A stretch of 64,000 bases of DNA. It comes from a virus. The stretch's first letter is position 1; each line of letters starts with the position of its first letter. The notes under the pieces were generated by a model, which was not told where the DNA came from, did not search any database, and saw nothing but the letters and a program-made list of their open reading frames with translations. Location of the stretch: the IMG/VR virus record IMGVR_UViG_3300008255_000115, positions 1-64,000 of that record; one strand, written 5' to 3'. The translations under genes were made by a program, and so were the position numbers. This document shows positions 37,964 to 49,600 of this stretch, piece by piece.

Positions 37964-40900
37964 ATGGCAACCTATTTACAAGGAATCACAGACTACATAC
38001 CTCAAGTTCAACCTTTTAAACCTAACTATAACTTCTATCAGAATGTTTTAGAAAGGAAACAATCTCAATATGATAGAGGTTGGGAACAAACCAATAACAT
38101 ATATAGTAGCATATTAAATGCTCCTATGATGAGAGGTCAGAATGTTGAACGCAGAGATGGGTTCTTTAAAAATATTGAGAATCAAATTCAACAACTTTCA
38201 GGAGTAGATCTATCACTACAACAAAATGTAGATGCAGCAACTCAAATATTTAAACCTTTCTATGAAGATGATAATATTGTTCATGATATGTCTTTTACTA
38301 AAAAGTATCAGACTCAAATGCAACATGCTGAATATTTAAGAAACTGTACAGACAAAGATAAGTGTGGAGACAAATATTGGGAAGGTGGAGTAAGATTAAT
38401 GAATCATATTGCACAAGATTTTGTTAATGCATCAGATGAAGAAGCATTAAAAATAAGTGCTCCTAATTATGTTAACCATGCAAATTTCATGGAGAAAGCC
38501 TCAGCAGCTGTAAAAGAAGCTGGGTTTAAAATGGAATATGAATCTAAGGAAGGAAGATATATGGTTAAGCGTATTAATGGTCCTCAAGCAGTACAACCAT
38601 TAATGGATTTCATGATGGCTAGATTTGGGGATGATCCAGAACTTACTTCTTTCTATAAAGCTAAAGCTGCTTTAATGAGTTATGAAAATCCAGAAGCTGC
38701 TATCAACACATATGAAGCTTCAATGCTAAGAAGTAAAGCTCAGAGTCAAGAAGAATATGATCAACTTATAAAAGATAAAAGTGCTGAAATAAACTTCAAT
38801 AAAGCAAAAGGTATTATTAACCACACTAAAGAAAATGTAAAAGCCAGCACTGATAGGTTATTTTTACAAAAAAGTGGATTAGAAAAACTTATTGAAAATG
38901 AAGGTATAATAGAAGGATCTCCTGAAGATAAAGCATATAGAGCTATATTAGAAAGAGAAGGATCAGCAGTTGCTGCTTTAGAGAGTGTAGATAAACTTTC
39001 TAATCAAGTAAACAATATGCAATACACTGATTCAGAAGGTAATGTTATTTCTAAAGGTGCAATAGATGGAGTTGTAGCAAATGCTATGATGATGAGGGAC
39101 ATGAGTTTATCTGCTCAAACAATTGCATATAAAGATTATAGTGTTACAAAAAAAGCTGATCAGTATGCTTTGGCGGATTATAGAAATCAGCTTGCCTTAA
39201 AAACTGCAGCAATAAAACATAATTATGCTTTAGAGACAACTAATGTAAAAAGTATACTTAAAGAAGGACAAGATTATAGAAAATTCTTAATTGATAGAGG
39301 CTATATAAATCCTTTTACAGGAGAACCTAAATATATAGATCCAGTAACACAAACAATGCCTATTCTACCTGGTGGAGGTATGGCTACTGGAGATCCTGCA
39401 GATATTGCTGCTGCATTAAAACAAAGAATAGCCAGTGGTGCTTCATTGGCACCAAGTTCTGCAGATAATGCTTATTTGTATTCTAATGCTGGATTTACAT
39501 ACAAACCTTCTAAAAATAATCCTAAAAAAGCAAGATTAGTTGAAGCAATGAATGGAGCAGATGTATATTTAGATACTGGTTTACAAACAGCTATAAAAAA
39601 CTTTCCTGAAGCTTTAAAACCAGGAATACCTAAACCTTCTTTTACAGGTAAACTTGAAGATGGTGTATTAAAATTGGATCATGAAAATGTAACACCAGAT
39701 ACTAGAATACAAGAAATTATATCTAAAGGAGAAAATGGAGATGTTGATGGAGCTTTATTAAATTTTAAATTTAGTGAATTTATACAACCTGCTAAAAATA
39801 TAGTTTCAACATGGACTGAACAAGCTGCTAGTAATCAAGGATTTATAGTAGGAAGTCAACTTAATAGTTTGCTTAATATAGCATCATCACAAAATGATCA
39901 ATATAATGCTTTTGCATTGGATGGTATGATTGGTATAGGGAATATGATTAAAGAAAATATAAATAATCCAGCCATTAAAGAAGCTCTTATAAAGAGTGGA
40001 AGTTATGATCTTCTAAAAGATTTTCCTAATAGTACTAATACTAAAAATTTAGATCCAGATTTTTTTAGAAAAATAGCTGATAAAAGTTTATCAGAAGATA
40101 TAATGTTAGCTGCAGGTAAGAGAGATTTGTTTAAAAAATTTACAAATGATCAAGGTCAACATTTTGTAAAACAATATAATAGTGAAGATTTAGTTGACAT
40201 TAATAAATTAGGTCTTGTTTCAAAAGAAGAAGCTGATATATTAAATTTTAGAAACAGTCATGCACCTATGAAGCCTTTAAGTGAAGAAGAAAGAAAAGCA
40301 TTAAAAGACTATGATTACTATACATCACAACCAAAAATTGATAATGATTTTAGAAGTATTGGATTAAATACACCAATACCTGCTTTAAGAGACTTTAGTA
40401 ATAAACACCTTACACAAATGGCTTTAACAGAAAATATGTATAAAGCTGCAACAAATAGTAAAAGAAATTATAATAACCAAATGATTGATGCTTCTCAAAC
40501 CATGGCTAAAAGTTTTGAGAATGAAAATACAGATTTTGCTAGTAAAATGTTAGCAGAAAGCATGGTTAAAATTGGTAAGGATGGATGGGCTGAATTAACA
40601 CCTTTAGGAGTTGTATATAGTAAAGCTGCAGAAAAAGCACCATTACCAGGAGGAAATAGTTTATGGCAATTAACAAAAGATATAGGAATATTTAATCCAT
40701 TTGATGGTATTTATACATCAACAGTTCCTGAACTTGAAAAAGAATATATGGGTGGTGTACCAGGTTTTACAAATGAAGCTATTAAAAATATGTTATGGTC
40801 TTCTGAATTACCAATTGATAAAGCACCTCCTAGAAATCTAAATAGAGAAGCTCTATGGAATAATGTAGACTTAAGTAAACTGAAAGGAGAAGTAGGTGGT

Positions 40901-42007
40901 CTTTTAAAAGATTTTGGAGTAGATAAAAGGTCACTTATGGAAAGTGATTTTGCTACATTTACTGCATTATTAAAACATCCTACAACACAGGTAATTAGAA
41001 ATAAAGATAACACCATTAACATTAAAAGTCCTTATATATCTGGAGATATTAATCAGACTTATTCACTTGATGAAATAGAAATGCATAAAGGATTTGAAAA
41101 CATGTTTGATAGAATAGAAGAAAAGAGTGGGAAGATGAGAGCTGAATTTTTAAATATGGCACAAAATACTAAAGGAAAAAAAATGAGTGAAACTCTTATG
41201 TTTCCACAAATATCAGGAAAATCTTCAGGAAACTTCAATTATAGTGTGCCTGTTATGAAAGACATTAATGTACAAGCAGGAAATCGTACACAAGAACATG
41301 CATTAGTATCTGAAACTTTAAATGAAATATCTACAATATATAATCAAGATTTAAGTCAATATGGTGTTAAACAAGGGGATAAGAATACTTTAGATTTGAT
41401 TTTAAGTGAATTAAATGATGATACAAAAAAATACTCAACTGATAATCTTATGTTAAATATTGATGTAGAACCTGTTATGGGAAATATGGAATTATCTAAA
41501 GTTACAGTTAAAATGCATCCTAGCACTAAACATAAATATTTAAAGCAAAAAGGATTATTAGTTTATGATTCTAAAGCTAAAGAATTAGATGAAAGATGGG
41601 TCTCTCTTATTGAAGACAATGCTACTTATTATATATCTAATGGTAAAGCTAAACTTATTAAAAATACACAACCAGATCCTTATCATACATTAGTTGGTCT
41701 AGCAGATGGAGAAGGTTATACAGATGATATATTTTGGGATGAGTTTGGAGGCAAAGTTGAATATAAAAGAGTAGGTGATAAGGTACAAATTATTCCTATA
41801 TATAAAGTTAAAGATCCAGTAACTGGGAAATTAAGAGAACTTAGAATAATGGGACCAAGTGGTCCTATGGAACAACCACTTGCAGGGGTTAATTGGAAAC
41901 AAATATTTGAAATGCAATATCAGAATATTTATGAATTACCCTTTAGAAATTTAGAATCTGATGTTAATCTTAACAGGATTACAAACTTAGAACATTATAA
42001 AAAATAA
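37964..42007 (+). CDS. large internal cargo/ejection protein, 1347 aa
   Basis: Helical; position before the RNAP cluster; only one Cys pair seen (CTDKDKC). Confidence 0.6.
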   Translation: MATYLQGITDYIPQVQPFKPNYNFYQNVLERKQSQYDRGWEQTNNIYSSILNAPMMRGQNVERRDGFFKNIENQIQQLSGVDLSLQQNVDAATQIFKPFYEDDNIVHDMSFTKKYQTQMQHAEYLRNCTDKDKCGDKYWEGGVRLMNHIAQDFVNASDEEALKISAPNYVNHANFMEKASAAVKEAGFKMEYESKEGRYMVKRINGPQAVQPLMDFMMARFGDDPELTSFYKAKAALMSYENPEAAINTYEASMLRSKAQSQEEYDQLIKDKSAEINFNKAKGIINHTKENVKASTDRLFLQKSGLEKLIENEGIIEGSPEDKAYRAILEREGSAVAALESVDKLSNQVNNMQYTDSEGNVISKGAIDGVVANAMMMRDMSLSAQTIAYKDYSVTKKADQYALADYRNQLALKTAAIKHNYALETTNVKSILKEGQDYRKFLIDRGYINPFTGEPKYIDPVTQTMPILPGGGMATGDPADIAAALKQRIASGASLAPSSADNAYLYSNAGFTYKPSKNNPKKARLVEAMNGADVYLDTGLQTAIKNFPEALKPGIPKPSFTGKLEDGVLKLDHENVTPDTRIQEIISKGENGDVDGALLNFKFSEFIQPAKNIVSTWTEQAASNQGFIVGSQLNSLLNIASSQNDQYNAFALDGMIGIGNMIKENINNPAIKEALIKSGSYDLLKDFPNSTNTKNLDPDFFRKIADKSLSEDIMLAAGKRDLFKKFTNDQGQHFVKQYNSEDLVDINKLGLVSKEEADILNFRNSHAPMKPLSEEERKALKDYDYYTSQPKIDNDFRSIGLNTPIPALRDFSNKHLTQMALTENMYKAATNSKRNYNNQMIDASQTMAKSFENENTDFASKMLAESMVKIGKDGWAELTPLGVVYSKAAEKAPLPGGNSLWQLTKDIGIFNPFDGIYTSTVPELEKEYMGGVPGFTNEAIKNMLWSSELPIDKAPPRNLNREALWNNVDLSKLKGEVGGLLKDFGVDKRSLMESDFATFTALLKHPTTQVIRNKDNTINIKSPYISGDINQTYSLDEIEMHKGFENMFDRIEEKSGKMRAEFLNMAQNTKGKKMSETLMFPQISGKSSGNFNYSVPVMKDINVQAGNRTQEHALVSETLNEISTIYNQDLSQYGVKQGDKNTLDLILSELNDDTKKYSTDNLMLNIDVEPVMGNMELSKVTVKMHPSTKHKYLKQKGLLVYDSKAKELDERWVSLIEDNATYYISNGKAKLIKNTQPDPYHTLVGLADGEGYTDDIFWDEFGGKVEYKRVGDKVQIIPIYKVKDPVTGKLRELRIMGPSGPMEQPLAGVNWKQIFEMQYQNIYELPFRNLESDVNLNRITNLEHYKK

Positions 42008-42010
42008 GTT

Positions 42011-45000
42011 ATGCCAGAGAATATTATGCCTGAAACACCACAATTACCTGACACTACAGTAGATCCTGTAGTATCTAGTACACCTAATATTAGTGATATT
42101 AAGAATGAACTGTATAGTAATTTACAGACAGACATGGCTAAAGCTAGAGATCCTTATATGGCTGCTAAAGGAGAAGGTCATAACTTAGCTCCTACAAAAG
42201 ATAATGGTTTAAATTTTCAAAGATACTATGGTAAAAAAGAATATACTAAGTTAGGATTTAATCCATATATAGATAATGAAAATTACTATCAACAAAACAC
42301 TTCTGCTTGGGATGATACAATTAACTCTTGGACACAAGCTGGTAATCTATTTAATTTAGGATTCAGTACAATATGGGGTGGTAAATCAGACAGAGAAGAA
42401 GCAAGAGATTATGAGAGATATGCTAATATAGGCACTAGCCAAAGAGGTGGTGTATCTGGATTTATGAACAATGCTATGTTAAATTCTGGATATACAATAG
42501 GTCTATTATCAGAGATAGCAGCTGAAGAATTAGCATTAGGAGCAGTGGAATTTTTTTCAGGAGGTGGTACTACACCACTAGTAGCAGCAAGAACTGCTGC
42601 TAATGTTAGCAGACTAGGTAAACTAGGACAAATAGGTAGTAAGATAACATCTACTGTTGATAGAATAAAAGATCTAAAAAATATAGGTAAAGCTAAAACT
42701 TTCTTTGAGGGAGCTAAATCAGTAGGACAAGCAATAAATCCATTAAGAGGGACCACAGAATATTTATCAACGGTTGGTAGACAATATACTAGATCTAAGG
42801 ATACTGGAAAAATTGTTGCTTTATCTGATATGGCTAAATGGCAAAAAGGTTTTGGTACTTTTTACAGAGACTTACGTGAGATAAATTTAGCTATGGATGA
42901 AGCTCATCTAGAATCAGGTTTTGTTAGTAATGGAATTAAAGATGAATTAATCAATAAAGTTATTCAGGATACAGGTGAACATCCAACTGCTGAAGCAATG
43001 GATGAGATTAATAAAGAAGCAAAATTAGCTTCTGATAATACCTTTGCAACCAACTCTTTACTAATATATAGTACTAACAGGTTATCATTTGGAAATGTAT
43101 TTAATAAGTACATGCCAAGAGCTTTACAAAAAGCTTCAAGTAATATGGCTGGTGGTAGAGTAATTAAAAATAGAGCTACTAAGAAATTAGATTTTGTTGA
43201 ACATGGTGGGCTACTAGGTTATAAAACATTTCTTAATGAAGCTAAATATGCTGCTTCTAATCTTAAGACTATGCCATTACAAACAGCTAAGTTTTTAGGA
43301 AAGTATACAAGAGCAAACTTTGGTGAGGGTGCTCAAGAATATTTTCAAGAAGTTATTCAGGATGCAGAAACTAATATGGCACATGATAGATATACTGGAG
43401 CACTTTCAGGAGGAGCTTGGTATAATGCTTTATCTAGTGACCAATATATGAAAGCATATAAGGAAAGCATGGACCATTTTATAAGTTCTGAAGGTGCTGA
43501 AATATTTGCATCTGGATTTGTAATGGGAGGATTTGCTGGACCAATAGCATATGCTCAACAAAATGCTGTTAAACACTTAACAAAATCCGGACAATATGTA
43601 GTGGACAAAGATGGTTATCAAGCTGATAAGTCTGAAGAAGAGCAAGCTAAGACTGATCTTGAAAAAAATATTACTAAGTTCAATGATATGACAGATGCAA
43701 GAAAGAATTTCTTGTATGATTATATTGAACAATTAAGAACACAAGGTTCTCTTAAAAAAGAGATGGATCTAAAAGAAGATAATCAGAAAGATATAATAGA
43801 TCTTAAAGATATAGCTTTAGTTCAACAGCTTATGTTTGCTGATAATATGGGAGCTTATGATTTAATTCTTGACAAAATTAAAGACATGAGTAATTTATCA
43901 GAAGATGAATTAAGAGAAGCTTTTGGAGAACAAATAGATGAAGACAGTAATTTCATAAGTAACTTTAAAGACAGTTATGAAAAGATAATTAAAAGAGCAG
44001 AAAAAGTAAAAGAGATGATGGATAACTATGATAAGTTATTTCCTGAACCTCCTTTATATGGTGCTGAAAATAGTGATTTTGAAGATCTTATTGAAGAACA
44101 AGATATAAGAAAAGCTAGATATTATACTAAATTATTAGCAATAACTAATCAACAAAGTTTGGTTAGAACTATGGAAAGAATGAGTTCTATCATGAATGGT
44201 GTTTATGAAAAAGCTCCTTTTTGGAATAAAGATAAAACTCCACCTGCTGGAGAAATAACTAAAATATTTAACTATACAGAACTATCACAAGAAGTAAGAC
44301 TTCTAAAGGATGAAATCAAAAGCTTAAAAGGATTTACAAGTTTAAGCCCTGATCAAAGGAAAGATCTTGCATATAAAGAAAAAATTTATGCAACACTTGA
44401 AAAGTTTACAGGTAAAGATGGTGTTCTTAAAGGATTTGTAAATGGTTTAAAAAATCAACAACTTGTAAATATATTAAGAAAACAAGCTGAAAAACTAAGA
44501 ACTCTTGAAACAGGTAAATCTGTAACTTATAAAAGAGGAGGTAAATCATGGGAAGGAATTATTGAAGGTGAGACAATAGACAAAAAAGGAAGACCTCAGT
44601 GGATGATTGTTAAATCTGATGGATCTAAAGTTAGAATTTTAAAAGATTCTGATGTACTGCAAGATCCTGGTATAGATGTGCCTGATATTGAAGATACTTA
44701 TACTGAACCTTTAAAGCAATTATTTAGAGAATACTTGACAATAATAGGTAATAGATACAATAATAAAATAGATGAAACTAATTTTGATTCTGCATTCCAA
44801 GATTTTAAAGATTTTTATACTTTAAATGAAGATGAAAAAAATTTAAGTGAAACTGTTTCATTTTTAATGAATCCGGAAGCTCACTATATGTTTGTTGAAA
44901 GATATAACCAGATGGTTAAGAGTAAACGCACCAACATGGCTAGTGAAGTAGAAGCTCAACTAAAAATGTATCAAGACTCTAAAGAAGAGAATGATCTTAT

Positions 45001-46675
45001 CCAAATGCTTGCTAAAGAATATAATATTTATATTGAAGCAGATGATTTAGAAGCTCTATTTAAAGACAATATTATACCAGACATTTTTCATAATATTGAC
45101 ACAGATGTTAAAATTAGACCAACTAGTGATACTTATAAAGAAATTAATACTGCTATAAAAAATTGGTTAGCAGAAACAAAAAGAGTTGAGCCTGAAATAA
45201 TAACTGAGGAAGTAGTTAAGAAAACAACTGAAGAAGTAAGTGAGTTTAAAGAAATAACAATGGATACACCTATTGATGAATATCCTGCTGAATTATCTTT
45301 ATTAATGGAAGAAGCTATGAGTGCTTATAACAATGCTATAGATGAAAGAGAAAACTTATCTGATATGGCTAAAGAAAATGCTAAAGCAAAAACATTAGAA
45401 GAGTTTATTAACAATCCTGGTGCTAAACCAAGAATAAGAAAAGTACTTGAAAAATGGAATGGTGAATCCCTAGTTAAACCAGTACAATCAAATGAAAAAG
45501 AAGTAATTAATAAAACAATTATAACACCAGACGTAAAAGAAAATGCAGAAGAAAAAATTCAAGAAGTAATAATACCAGAAGGAGAAGTTCTTGATACAAA
45601 TCTTGTTGACCCTAATGCTATTGATGAAAGAGAAATAGCACCAACTGTTGATATATTATTTCCAGATGAAATAAAACAATTACTTCTTAATAAAGAAATT
45701 AGATTTTTAATGCTTGGTGAAACAGATGGACAAACCCAACAGATTGTAAAAGCTTTACAAAAAAGTAAAAAACTTAGATCTAATCAAGGTATTAAAGATA
45801 TAAAAATGAATACCCAAATTGCTATACCTATTACTGTCAAGGGAAAGATTACAGAACTTGTATTTTCATATTCAGGTTTTGTAGACATTCATGAAGCTGG
45901 TGGACAACACCAAATGATTATAGATATGAAGTTACAACCTAAGAAAACAAATGCTTTTCCACATGCTGTTAAAATAGGAAAAGATACATATTATGCATCA
46001 AGTATAAATCATAAAGCATGGATAGAAGGTTCAGGTAAACTTCATAAATTTTCACTTAGACTTATTCAAGGCTCTGAACAAGTTGTAAATCAAGAAGATA
46101 TAGATACAAAATGGACAAGTAGTATTCAAAAAAGATTTAGTGAATCAACAAACTTAGAAGATACCTTAATTGAATTACAGTCAGAAAATACTAAAAGAGA
46201 GATTGAAGGTAAAGCTTTTCTAGATACTGAAGATTTACATTTAATTTATGAAGATTTTGTTAAAAAGTTTCAAGGAGAACTAACTCCATCAAAACTAAAC
46301 TTACAAGATGAGTATAATGTTAAGGGAAAATTACGTAAATTTGGCACTGCAAAAGTAAGTAAGAAGTATCCTAATGGTGTGGACTTTATATCTACAGGTA
46401 AGAAAACATTAGGTCAAGTTCAATTTATTAAAACTTCTGAAATACCAAGTGTTATACAAAATAAATTAACAACAGATATGGATGAAAAAATATCAGAACA
46501 AGGTTTAGAAGAAGTAACTGAAACAGATAAGGAACTATTAAAGGACAGTACAGAGAATAGAGAAGCTCTTAGTAAAGATAAAATGGATGAGTTAGCAGAT
46601 AAATCAGTTTCAATGACAGCTTCAGAAAGAATTCAATACTTAAAAGACAATAGAAAAAAACGCTGTAACCAATGA
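42011..46675 (+). CDS. large ejection protein, 1554 aa, with Gly/Ala-rich membrane-like segments
   Basis: ALGAVEFFSGGGTTPLVAA, EGAQEYFQ, IFASGFVMGGFAGP; first of the three giant genes around the virion RNAP. Confidence 0.65.
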   Translation: MPENIMPETPQLPDTTVDPVVSSTPNISDIKNELYSNLQTDMAKARDPYMAAKGEGHNLAPTKDNGLNFQRYYGKKEYTKLGFNPYIDNENYYQQNTSAWDDTINSWTQAGNLFNLGFSTIWGGKSDREEARDYERYANIGTSQRGGVSGFMNNAMLNSGYTIGLLSEIAAEELALGAVEFFSGGGTTPLVAARTAANVSRLGKLGQIGSKITSTVDRIKDLKNIGKAKTFFEGAKSVGQAINPLRGTTEYLSTVGRQYTRSKDTGKIVALSDMAKWQKGFGTFYRDLREINLAMDEAHLESGFVSNGIKDELINKVIQDTGEHPTAEAMDEINKEAKLASDNTFATNSLLIYSTNRLSFGNVFNKYMPRALQKASSNMAGGRVIKNRATKKLDFVEHGGLLGYKTFLNEAKYAASNLKTMPLQTAKFLGKYTRANFGEGAQEYFQEVIQDAETNMAHDRYTGALSGGAWYNALSSDQYMKAYKESMDHFISSEGAEIFASGFVMGGFAGPIAYAQQNAVKHLTKSGQYVVDKDGYQADKSEEEQAKTDLEKNITKFNDMTDARKNFLYDYIEQLRTQGSLKKEMDLKEDNQKDIIDLKDIALVQQLMFADNMGAYDLILDKIKDMSNLSEDELREAFGEQIDEDSNFISNFKDSYEKIIKRAEKVKEMMDNYDKLFPEPPLYGAENSDFEDLIEEQDIRKARYYTKLLAITNQQSLVRTMERMSSIMNGVYEKAPFWNKDKTPPAGEITKIFNYTELSQEVRLLKDEIKSLKGFTSLSPDQRKDLAYKEKIYATLEKFTGKDGVLKGFVNGLKNQQLVNILRKQAEKLRTLETGKSVTYKRGGKSWEGIIEGETIDKKGRPQWMIVKSDGSKVRILKDSDVLQDPGIDVPDIEDTYTEPLKQLFREYLTIIGNRYNNKIDETNFDSAFQDFKDFYTLNEDEKNLSETVSFLMNPEAHYMFVERYNQMVKSKRTNMASEVEAQLKMYQDSKEENDLIQMLAKEYNIYIEADDLEALFKDNIIPDIFHNIDTDVKIRPTSDTYKEINTAIKNWLAETKRVEPEIITEEVVKKTTEEVSEFKEITMDTPIDEYPAELSLLMEEAMSAYNNAIDERENLSDMAKENAKAKTLEEFINNPGAKPRIRKVLEKWNGESLVKPVQSNEKEVINKTIITPDVKENAEEKIQEVIIPEGEVLDTNLVDPNAIDEREIAPTVDILFPDEIKQLLLNKEIRFLMLGETDGQTQQIVKALQKSKKLRSNQGIKDIKMNTQIAIPITVKGKITELVFSYSGFVDIHEAGGQHQMIIDMKLQPKKTNAFPHAVKIGKDTYYASSINHKAWIEGSGKLHKFSLRLIQGSEQVVNQEDIDTKWTSSIQKRFSESTNLEDTLIELQSENTKREIEGKAFLDTEDLHLIYEDFVKKFQGELTPSKLNLQDEYNVKGKLRKFGTAKVSKKYPNGVDFISTGKKTLGQVQFIKTSEIPSVIQNKLTTDMDEKISEQGLEEVTETDKELLKDSTENREALSKDKMDELADKSVSMTASERIQYLKDNRKKRCNQ

Positions 46676-49600
46676 ATTGTATATTAGATGGTTCTGATTA
46701 TGAAGAGTTATTCATAATTGCTCATGGAGCATTAACAGATAGTAAAAATAATAATAAACCTTTTGATCTTAATCAAGAGATAAAAGATTTATATGAAGCT
46801 TTTAAAGATGACCAAGCTTATGCTATTGGATTAGTTCAAGCATATCCTTCTCAACTTGTTATGGCATTAACTCATACAAGAGAACTATCTAAATATCATA
46901 GGTCTAAGGGGTTAACATTAGATTTACTAGAAGATCTTACAGATACTTTTGAAGATATAAATGCTGTATCTAAATACTTAAGTCCTGATCAAGCAGATAA
47001 AGAATCTATAGATGCCATTGATGACAGTATTAAAGACCAAGCTGAAAAACCAACTATATTACCTAAATTAACTCCTGATCAAATTGACAAGCAAACAGCT
47101 ATACTAACAAATCTAGTTAAAGAATTTATCTTTAAAGGAGTATCTGGTATGGCTACTACAGGTCAACAAGCATTATTAGATCCTTCTGGTAAATGGACAC
47201 AAGAGAAAAATCCTGAATTAGATTTCTATTATAAGTTTTTTAAAGTATTTAATGAAGAATTTTTAGGTGTGCAAGATCCTGAGAAAGTAACTATCAATGG
47301 ACACACTGGCTTCAAATTGAAAATATTAAGTAAAACACAAATAGATATTGAGGTTGCTAAACCCTACGATCAGAGGCTTGTAAAAGGAGAAGAAGCATAT
47401 CCTGCTGTAAGAGGTCAGGCTATTTATCATGGTGGAATAGCAGTTGCTGTAACAGACAATAATGGTGATGTATTATATTTTGATGAACATTATAATGTAG
47501 TAGGTAAAAATAAAGGTGGTAAACCTATATATTATAATGTGAGGTTTATTAAAAAAGAAGGAGACACTTATACAACAGATAGTGATATACAATCAGTTCA
47601 AGAAATGGCTAATAACTTAGGAATATCTCCTGAAGTTGCTCACTCATTACGTCAAGCTGAATTCAAAGCTTTATATGACTTAAGAAATTACATCAATGAA
47701 AAGAGAAAAGAAAATAGTGTATTACTAAATATAACAGGTGTTAGTCAAGGTGTTCTTAATATAAGAAAAAATTTACCAACAGATATTGATACTTCAATCA
47801 ATTCAATTAATTGGGATAAATCTGATATTGATCTCAATATTAAAATTGCAAAAAGAGATGCCCCTGAAGCAGGTGAAAGAAAAGGTGGTTTATATATAAG
47901 TATTCCTGGTCATAGATCTATACCAATACAAGCAAACAATTTGTCTCAAGAAGATATAGACAAGGTTCTTGATTTAATTTTGGATCCTAGTATTACTGAT
48001 GAAAATGGACTACCTATTACAGCAGATGTTAAAGTAAAACTTATTGAGTATATTATACTTACTGAAGATGGTTCTTTACAAGTAATGGATAGAAAAGGTA
48101 AATTCATTGCTTTATTTCAGGGTAAACAAATTACTCCAGAAATGAGACAAGAAATTAAAGACTTTCTAAATATAAAATATATTAATCCCAATACAGGACA
48201 ACCAACTCAATATAATCATACAAGAGGTCAATATACATTTAAAGAGCCTACTGCAGGTAATATATTTGAAGAATTTACTATAAATGATGGTAAACTCATT
48301 AGAACGCCTATTGATTTAGAACAACATGTTGCTAATCATAGTAGTATGAAAATAATACCTAATACATTAGGTAAAGATAAAGTAATTACTTTTCTAAATG
48401 GTTACTTTACTTTTAATATAGATTCTCAAGATTCTAATAAAATAGAAAAACTCACCACTTCAAAAAAAGATACAAAAGAATCTACTACTGTAAAACTATA
48501 TAGAGAAATTCCTGTATTAGATGTTAATGATATTATTACTCAAGAAGGAACAAAAGGAGCAGCCGTTTATAATAAAAAAGATAAAATAATTAAAGTTAAT
48601 AGAAAACTACTTAAGGAAAAATATGCTCAGAAAGCATGGACTAATCCTAGAGAACTTACTGAAACATTAGATGGAAGAAATGTAAAATCTTTTGCTCAAC
48701 CTTTACATGAAGATCAATTTCCAACATATGAACAGTTTGAACAATTTGTTATAGAGCATGAATATCAACATAGTCAATTAAGTAGAGCTCAGTTTCAAAA
48801 ATCCAATCCTAATTCTACAAAAGGACAATATGAAACAGAAATAAATGATAGAGCATTATTTACTTTATCATTACATGATAATATTCCATTATTTTTTTCA
48901 GGTAAAAATGATCTAGGGAACATTAATTCTAGTGAAGAAAACAATGAACCTCAAGAGAAAGTAAAAATATTTAAAAAGAATAATGTAGAAATTAAAGATG
49001 ATGATGGTCTAACTATGAACCGTATCATTCCGATGAAATCTCAACCAGAGCAAATAGCAGCAGCAAAAGAATGGTTTGATGCTTCTCCTCTTTCAAAACA
49101 TATTAAATATAAAGAATTATTTAATGTTGTTAACTCTAATGCCTGGGCAGAGTTTATTAATGGAGGTATTAAATTATATGCTGGATCAGATTATACAGTA
49201 TTGTATCATGAAGCTTTCCATGCCTTTACACAACACTTCCTGTCTAAAGAACAAAAAGTAAAATTATATAAAGAAACAGCTATATTAGCTCAGGGTAAAA
49301 AAGCAATTAAAGATTATGCTAAATCTAAGAATGTATCAATAGATAAACTATCAGATTATCAAAAGTATTTAGCTATTGAAGAACTCTTAGCTGAAGGTTT
49401 TAGAGAATATGTTTTATCTGATGGTAAAGTATTAGGACAAAATCCTGTAAGTAATAGTATCTTTAGAAATATATTAGATTTCTTAAAAGAACTTTTTGGA
49501 ATTAAATTATCTCAATCACAAATAATTACAGATAAGGTTCTTCTTAATATAGAAGATTTATATGCACAGTTACATATAGGTAATATTAATAATTATAGAC